From Candidatus Didemnitutus sp. (GTDB lineage Bacteria; Bacteroidota; Ignavibacteria; Kapaibacteriales; Kapaibacteriaceae): DNA of 58,238 nucleotides. The stretch covers positions 1-58,238 of the forward strand of contig DATGWS010000231.1 of NCBI GenBank assembly GCA_035299365.1, given 5' to 3'. Positions 52,958 through 58,238 of this stretch are shown in pieces. Position 1 is the first letter of the stretch, and the number at the start of each line of letters is the position of its first letter. Under the pieces are notes generated by a model. The model saw only the letters and a program-made list of their open reading frames with translations. It was not told the origin of the DNA and did not search any database. Both the position numbers and the translations under genes were made by a program.

Positions 52958-55118
52958 AGTTTCTTGGAAGTCCGGACTCGATGTACGGTGTTCCACCTGC
53001 AGTACGGTCCGGATTGATCCATGCTGATGCCATGTAAGACGTGTTGGCAAGATTATCAACTCGTGCTAACACGCTCAGCGATAGGTGATCACTGATGATT
53101 GGTATTGTTGCACCTACTGCAGCAGATATGGTACTCCACCCGTCTACGATGATCGTGTTTGCATCGTCGGCAAAGTAGGAACTCATCGTTCTGCTTTCAA
53201 TCTCTGCGTAAAGTCCTTCGATATCCGGTACATCGTAACGGAGACGAACCGTTGCGTTGAAGCTCGGTATACCGGATTGTTCATTACCGGCATAGCTGAC
53301 AGATCTACCAGCAAAGCTCGTATCGATATAGCCGGAGTCTATGGTATAGTCTACGTATTCAGTAGACATAAACGTGGTGCTTATAGCCAGGGAAAGCCCC
53401 ATGTTGCTAACAGCCATGCCTCCGAATTCTACACCCATCCTCCTACTCTCTCCCACGGTTGTATAGAACGCTCCACTGTTATACGGAACAATGTCGTTCA
53501 CAACACTGATATAGTACGCCGCAATATCATATTGAAGGGCACGCAAGAACTCATCTTCTGCACTTGTTACGCCCTTCATGCCAACTTCATACGTTGTACT
53601 TACAATTGGTGAGAGCAGCGGGTTGAGCGCCTTTGCTGGTACGGTTGAGCCAACGACATTCGGTGGATCTGTTTCATTTCCAGCCGGAACTTCAACGCCC
53701 CCTCCCACACTTGCATAGAGGTTGACAAGGGGCGCTATCCGATACGTTAGTCCGAGCTTTGGAATCAGCTTCGAATATGTTGCCGTAGTATCTGTATCAG
53801 GTTCGATGAAATCTTGGGCTAGGTAGGTGATGGCATCATAGCGGAGTCCGGCAACAACGCTCAGAGCACCTGCGATAAACTCATCTTGGACAAACCCACC
53901 AACATTCATGGCTCCTTCTCGTTTGTTCTGCCTGAGTGTGGTTCCTCTATTCCTGGTTGTTGGGTTGAGGTTATAGAAGAGAACCGATCCGTCTTGATAT
54001 TGGATATCGCCCCCTATCAAAACCTTGTTCTGTGTTTCTAGACCTATCAGTTGCGTGTTGCGGTAGATGGCATTTCCACCGACGTGGTATCGGTTAAAGT
54101 CGCGCCACGTGTTTCGTTCCGAACGTGCAAGCTTCTTGCTTTGCACAAAGGCGGTTGCAGATATACCATTCTCAATATTGAAGCTGTGGTCAACCGTTGT
54201 GCCAATGCGAACGAGGTCATTATCACGTCGTTCATCTCGCTCAACAAACGTTGGGTCGTAGATCGTTGAGTCGCCCTGCGCCTGTTGTGGATCTACGATC
54301 CACTGTTCTCGCGTGAGAGGACCTGGGATCTGAAATTCGTTTGTTGCACCGGTAACAAAGACGTTGACATTTGTCTTTGGAGCGGGCTGCAAGATGAGAC
54401 CGATTGTTCCAAGTGTTTGCGAGCCACTCGAATTCTGTCTCCACCCGTCAACTGCTGTGTTTGTTATGGAAACATAGGCCTGCCCTTCTCCAACCGGAGT
54501 ATTCGCCAGAAGAGACTGACGCAGAAGGCCATAACTCCCAATTGAAAGGTGTAGGTCTGCAAAGGCACTTCGTACTGCGGGGATTGTACTAACGGAGACG
54601 ATGCCTCCCGATGCATTACCCCAAAGTGTAGATGCATTTGAGCGTATGACCTCTACGCGAGAGGCATGTACGGTGTTGATGAGATCGAAGGACGTTCTAC
54701 CATCGGGCTCGGTCTCCGGTATTCCATCTGTATAGAAGCGAATGCCTCGTGATGTACCGGCATTAGAACGTTGTCCGGCTCCCCGAGCGCCAAAGCCGCG
54801 GATCTGCACCCGACTATCCATTCCACCGGATCTCGACTGTCCGATCACGCCCGGTACTAGATTGAGTAGTCCATCTACGCCATATCCACGCTGAGTTTGC
54901 AGAACCATCTGCGGCACCACAGTAATCGCCAGTGGGATCTCAAGAATGTTCTCTTCTGAACGAACCGCGCTTACCACCACCACGGGTTTCACATACACCG
55001 CTGTGTCCTGCCTCCGTGCTGTAGAGTCGGCTGGCACCTTCGATGTTTTCTGTGAGAATGTTGGCTGAGGCATTACTGCAAGCAACACACCAACAAATGC
55101 AATCAACCTAACCATCAT
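52923..55118 (-). CDS. TonB-dependent outer-membrane receptor
   Basis: Trimmed to ATG 55118 (MMVRLIAFVGVLLAVMPQPTFSQ), which overlaps the upstream stop (ATGA). Plug 'VKPVVVVSAVRSEE' and 'VPGVIGQSRSGGMDSRVQIRGFG', followed by a long barrel. Confidence 0.8.
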   Translation of the reverse strand: MMVRLIAFVGVLLAVMPQPTFSQKTSKVPADSTARRQDTAVYVKPVVVVSAVRSEENILEIPLAITVVPQMVLQTQRGYGVDGLLNLVPGVIGQSRSGGMDSRVQIRGFGARGAGQRSNAGTSRGIRFYTDGIPETEPDGRTSFDLINTVHASRVEVIRSNASTLWGNASGGIVSVSTIPAVRSAFADLHLSIGSYGLLRQSLLANTPVGEGQAYVSITNTAVDGWRQNSSGSQTLGTIGLILQPAPKTNVNVFVTGATNEFQIPGPLTREQWIVDPQQAQGDSTIYDPTFVERDERRDNDLVRIGTTVDHSFNIENGISATAFVQSKKLARSERNTWRDFNRYHVGGNAIYRNTQLIGLETQNKVLIGGDIQYQDGSVLFYNLNPTTRNRGTTLRQNKREGAMNVGGFVQDEFIAGALSVVAGLRYDAITYLAQDFIEPDTDTTATYSKLIPKLGLTYRIAPLVNLYASVGGGVEVPAGNETDPPNVVGSTVPAKALNPLLSPIVSTTYEVGMKGVTSAEDEFLRALQYDIAAYYISVVNDIVPYNSGAFYTTVGESRRMGVEFGGMAVSNMGLSLAISTTFMSTEYVDYTIDSGYIDTSFAGRSVSYAGNEQSGIPSFNATVRLRYDVPDIEGLYAEIESRTMSSYFADDANTIIVDGWSTISAAVGATIPIISDHLSLSVLARVDNLANTSYMASAWINPDRTAGGTPYIESGLPRNFIGTVGIRYTP

Positions 55119-56743
55119 GGGAGCGGACACGAGAGAAGATATCCCATATCTGTTGCTACATAGATGGTCTTCTTGGTGACGGCAACAGTGCGGAATACCA
55201 TCATCTTCGGGACGGTGTGAACGCTCCACGTTCGACCTAGGTCCTTACTCACCATCAGCCCTGGATAGCCCACTGCATAGATCTTTCCGTCTGCCACAAC
55301 GGCATCGATCACACGAGAAGGATGGTCTACGGATAACGTAGTATCGAACTCATACATCTGTCCATCAGGACGCAGGAAGAATGTGCGTTCAGACGTGATC
55401 ACGATCGTAACGCTATCGTCCACGATAACCTTATGAACGTACACGTTTTCAAATGCAGCGTGCATACTCTTCCAGTTCCTGCCTGTATCGGCCGTAACCC
55501 AAGCGCCATTTGTTGTGGAGGCAATCAACTCAGGCCCCCTACCAACAACAGTATTCAAAGAGGCTTGAGGGAAGGGGCTAGGCAATGAATCCCATGTACG
55601 CCCATCGTCAGAGCTCGAGATGATGGAGCCGTTTCCGAGTCCTACGACCAAGGAAGATCCGAAAGTCCCAACCATATACTCCGGACTCTGCGGGATTGTG
55701 GGACTGAGCAGACGTATCACGGCTCTGGAGTTCGGGAGAAGGAATACCCCTCTCAGCCTACAACCGATGATCAGGGAACTGTCAACAACAGAGATCGTTT
55801 GTGCCATACCCATCGCCAATCCGTCACATATGGACCGCATGATCCGTGAGGACCTACCGATATAGTAGATGCCGTGTTCTCTCGTACCAACGTAGATGCC
55901 GCGGTAATTCGGAACCATCGTGGTAACCTCCACTATCCCGTTATCTCGGTCGCTGAAGACATTCTCCCAATCACGACCATCGATGTGCTTTCTATGAACT
56001 CCGCCTTTGCCGAGTTTGACCCCAGCGTATAAATACGAGTCTTGGACAACCAACGAGGTGATGAACTCACCCTTCAAATAGTCGAGATTCACAGCGGACT
56101 GAGCACCATCGAGTGGGTTCAGTTCGAAGATGCCATCACGTCTCTTTGCCACAAAGACCAAGCTATCGGTAGCAACAAGGGCCGTTACGTTCATGAGATC
56201 CGCGTCTTTTCTCTGAGCCCGTAAACCCGTCCACATAGTAAGAGTGATAGTAGAGTCGAGGATCTCCACTGACTGCATGGCCGACCTCGATACAAACCCC
56301 GAGTGCAGATCCGATACCCCAACAATCTCCTGTCCGTTACGGGAAAGCTCTGTTAGGGGGCCTGATGTTCCGGATCGAGAATGCAGCTTCCAGATCAGTC
56401 CATGATTTGTTGTTCTATGAATACCCCCATTTGCGGCACCGGCGTAAATCGTATCACCAAGGGGCAGAATACTGGTAATGTGGCGGAAGGAGAGCGGATC
56501 CGCGATGGTTTGCCAGGTGAGACCACTATTGGTCGACCGAAACACATCCGGATTAGAGGCAATGACAATGACGCTATCCTCGGCGTAGATTGCGTTAATG
56601 CCAAAGAATGTGCTCGCGCCTACTCGCGTAAGCGGATATTCTTCATGGGTTTGTAACGAAACGGCCCCAAGCATGGTTGTTACGCCGGCCAAGCCGGACA
56701 CCAGCAGGGACAATAACCAAACGATCGATTGGAAGTGCTTCAT
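55115..56743 (-). CDS. secreted BNR/Asp-box beta-propeller protein (Ycf48/sortilin-like)
   Basis: Trimmed to ATG 56743 (MKHFQSIVWLLSLLVSGLAGV). Asp-boxes 'STNSGLTW', 'TTNHGLIW', 'SSDDGRTW', 'TADTGRNW', 'SKDLGRTW'. Confidence 0.65.
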   Translation of the reverse strand: MKHFQSIVWLLSLLVSGLAGVTTMLGAVSLQTHEEYPLTRVGASTFFGINAIYAEDSVIVIASNPDVFRSTNSGLTWQTIADPLSFRHITSILPLGDTIYAGAANGGIHRTTNHGLIWKLHSRSGTSGPLTELSRNGQEIVGVSDLHSGFVSRSAMQSVEILDSTITLTMWTGLRAQRKDADLMNVTALVATDSLVFVAKRRDGIFELNPLDGAQSAVNLDYLKGEFITSLVVQDSYLYAGVKLGKGGVHRKHIDGRDWENVFSDRDNGIVEVTTMVPNYRGIYVGTREHGIYYIGRSSRIMRSICDGLAMGMAQTISVVDSSLIIGCRLRGVFLLPNSRAVIRLLSPTIPQSPEYMVGTFGSSLVVGLGNGSIISSSDDGRTWDSLPSPFPQASLNTVVGRGPELIASTTNGAWVTADTGRNWKSMHAAFENVYVHKVIVDDSVTIVITSERTFFLRPDGQMYEFDTTLSVDHPSRVIDAVVADGKIYAVGYPGLMVSKDLGRTWSVHTVPKMMVFRTVAVTKKTIYVATDMGYLLSCPLP

Positions 56744-58238
56744 GGATAGACAACAAATATCGGCAATTGTGGCCACGATGTTCTCGGTCACGCTTTTGTT
56801 CATTGGCGCCATTCCCGCCAGTGGACAGGTGTCCTTCCGTGACCTAGACGTTTCAACACTTGAGTACGCATCCCCTGGTTACTACCTCATCGCTCCCAAT
56901 GCCATGGACTCTTTCTCCGTAGCCGACAACTACGGAAAGAACATGTACAAGACCGAGGTTGGGCAACACGCCAATGTACAGACCTACAAGAACAAGTGGC
57001 TAACGCATTATACAACCGCTGATAATAGACCGTGTTTTGTCCGTCGCGATATCTTTCGCAACCTCATCGACACGCTGCGCGCTAGCGCCCCCTTTCAGAC
57101 CGATTTCCATGAGTGCAAGATCATCACGGACTCGTCCTTTGTGGTACTTGGTACGGAAGATGTGATCGTTAATATGTCCGGCATCGTTCCTGGTGGCCGC
57201 ACAAACGCCCAAGTGCGGGATAACATCATCCAGATCAGAACGTTTAGCGGAACCACTCTCTTTGAGTGGAGATCGCTCGATCACGTCCCAGTTACTGATG
57301 CCGTTGACGCCATAGATCTTCAGCAGCCATTTATCGACTATATCCATATCAACTCTATTGAAGTGGATTCCGATAACAATTTGATTGTGTCGTGTAGGCA
57401 CCTCGACGAGGTACTCAAGATCAATCGCCAGAACGGGTCGATCATGTGGCGGCTTGGCGGAACCAAGTCCAAGCACAACGAATTCACATTTCTCAATGAC
57501 ACCACAGCTGGTTTTGTTGGATTCTCACATCAACATTCTGTTGGAAGAACACGGTCCGGGACACTTTTGATGTTCGATAACGGGAACCTCAAACCAGAGC
57601 CCCTTCTCACCCGGGCTGTTGAATATGAGCTGGACGAAACAGCGAAAACCGTCCGACGAGTGTGGCAGTTTAGGGCTACGCCAGACATCTATGCACCAAC
57701 GATGGGAAGCGCTCAAGAAGTTGAGAACGGAAACATCCTCATCGGTTGGGGTTCTGGTTCCAACAACACCGTTGCGCACGAAGTAGGGCGAGACGGTACC
57801 GTTCATGTGCAGATCGACAATCCAACAATGAATGGATTCACAGCCTACAGAGTTGTGAAGACAACGATTCTCATGACTGGTGTCTACAAGCGTTTGACTG
57901 CAACTGGCACTACAACATTCTCTACGTCAGACAGCACAACACACCTTGCAGTGAATCTTTCGCGGGTAACAGATACCACATCGGCCATTGCTGAACGGCA
58001 TATGTATGCACCGCACAACATCACCTTTCCAACAACAGGTCCGTGTGCTGTATTGCCCATGCGTTGGGTTTTTCGGATCGAAGACACAACATTGATCGCA
58101 GGAACGATGACGTTTGACCTAGGCAACGTTCCCGGGGTTATGTTCCCAAATCAGATCAAGCTCTTTCATCGCGTGAATGAGGGCATTGGCCAATTCAATC
58201 AGGTTACCACCACATACAATGCTTCCACAAAGAAGCTG
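56742..58238 (+). CDS. second ASST-like beta-propeller protein, 3'-truncated at window edge (absent from the ORF track because it has no stop)
   Basis: Hand translation from ATG 56742 is open to the window end (499 codons): MDRQQISAIVATMFSVTLLFIGAIPASGQ...'IDYIHINSIEVDSDNNLIVSCRHLDEVLKINRQNGSIMWRLGG'...'SHQHSVGRTRSGTLLMFDNGN'. It is colinear with the N-terminal 500 aa of 49724-52957. Confidence 0.65.
   Translation, partial: MDRQQISAIVATMFSVTLLFIGAIPASGQVSFRDLDVSTLEYASPGYYLIAPNAMDSFSVADNYGKNMYKTEVGQHANVQTYKNKWLTHYTTADNRPCFVRRDIFRNLIDTLRASAPFQTDFHECKIITDSSFVVLGTEDVIVNMSGIVPGGRTNAQVRDNIIQIRTFSGTTLFEWRSLDHVPVTDAVDAIDLQQPFIDYIHINSIEVDSDNNLIVSCRHLDEVLKINRQNGSIMWRLGGTKSKHNEFTFLNDTTAGFVGFSHQHSVGRTRSGTLLMFDNGNLKPEPLLTRAVEYELDETAKTVRRVWQFRATPDIYAPTMGSAQEVENGNILIGWGSGSNNTVAHEVGRDGTVHVQIDNPTMNGFTAYRVVKTTILMTGVYKRLTATGTTTFSTSDSTTHLAVNLSRVTDTTSAIAERHMYAPHNITFPTTGPCAVLPMRWVFRIEDTTLIAGTMTFDLGNVPGVMFPNQIKLFHRVNEGIGQFNQVTTTYNASTKKL

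Overview
58.2-kb chromosomal window from a Gram-negative bacterium, probably in the FCB group (Bacteroidota/Ignavibacteriota/Chlorobi-like). This placement rests on several secreted proteins ending in T9SS-type C-terminal sorting domains, four TonB-dependent receptors, many lipobox lipoproteins and bacillithiol bshB1. It is an inference, not a database result. I count about 55 protein genes, tightly packed with many ATGA/GTGA start-stop overlaps. I saw no rRNA, tRNA, CRISPR array, transposase or integrase. Main blocks: (1) 1-6.7 kb, secreted YHYH protein plus a minus-strand operon DUF2911 / PIG-L deacetylase / unannotated micro-ORF / Na+:solute symporter. (2) 10-15.3 kb, minus-strand operon CDF-like / Omp85 / delta-60 propeller / alpha-carbonic anhydrase. 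(3) 15.3-26.2 kb, one co-directional clade II (Sec-type) nitrous-oxide reductase operon led by an Rrf2 regulator and a RIC/YtfE di-iron protein. Its order is cyt c, nosZ, nosB-like, nosL, Met/His-rich tandem lipoprotein, TonB receptor, nosD, nosF, nosY, fasciclin, and it ends at a clear intrinsic terminator. (4) 26.3-36.4 kb, bestrophin, an RskA-type anti-sigma/ECF sigma pair divergent from a DUF4331 / TPR / TonB-receptor operon, then a second ECF sigma operon. The DUF4331 gene and the second sigma gene share a near-identical bipartite promoter-like motif. (5) 36.6-42.4 kb, housekeeping genes (dps, RmlD-like, comM, RNase H1, dut, rpiB, bshB1, cyt c). (6) 42.4-49.7 kb, a stripped-down dcw fragment (rsmH-murF-mraY only) translationally fused to an unusual cassette of Lgt-like protein, small membrane protein, multi-cluster radical SAM enzyme and MGDG-synthase-like glycosyltransferase. 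This cassette is my top candidate for an undescribed system. (7) 49.7-58.2 kb, two paralogous arylsulfotransferase-like propeller proteins flanking a BNR-propeller / TonB-receptor operon. Several intergenic spacers also consist of short (6-8 nt) stop-codon-rich tandem repeat arrays of related sequence. All family assignments come from motifs read by eye. No searches were run.
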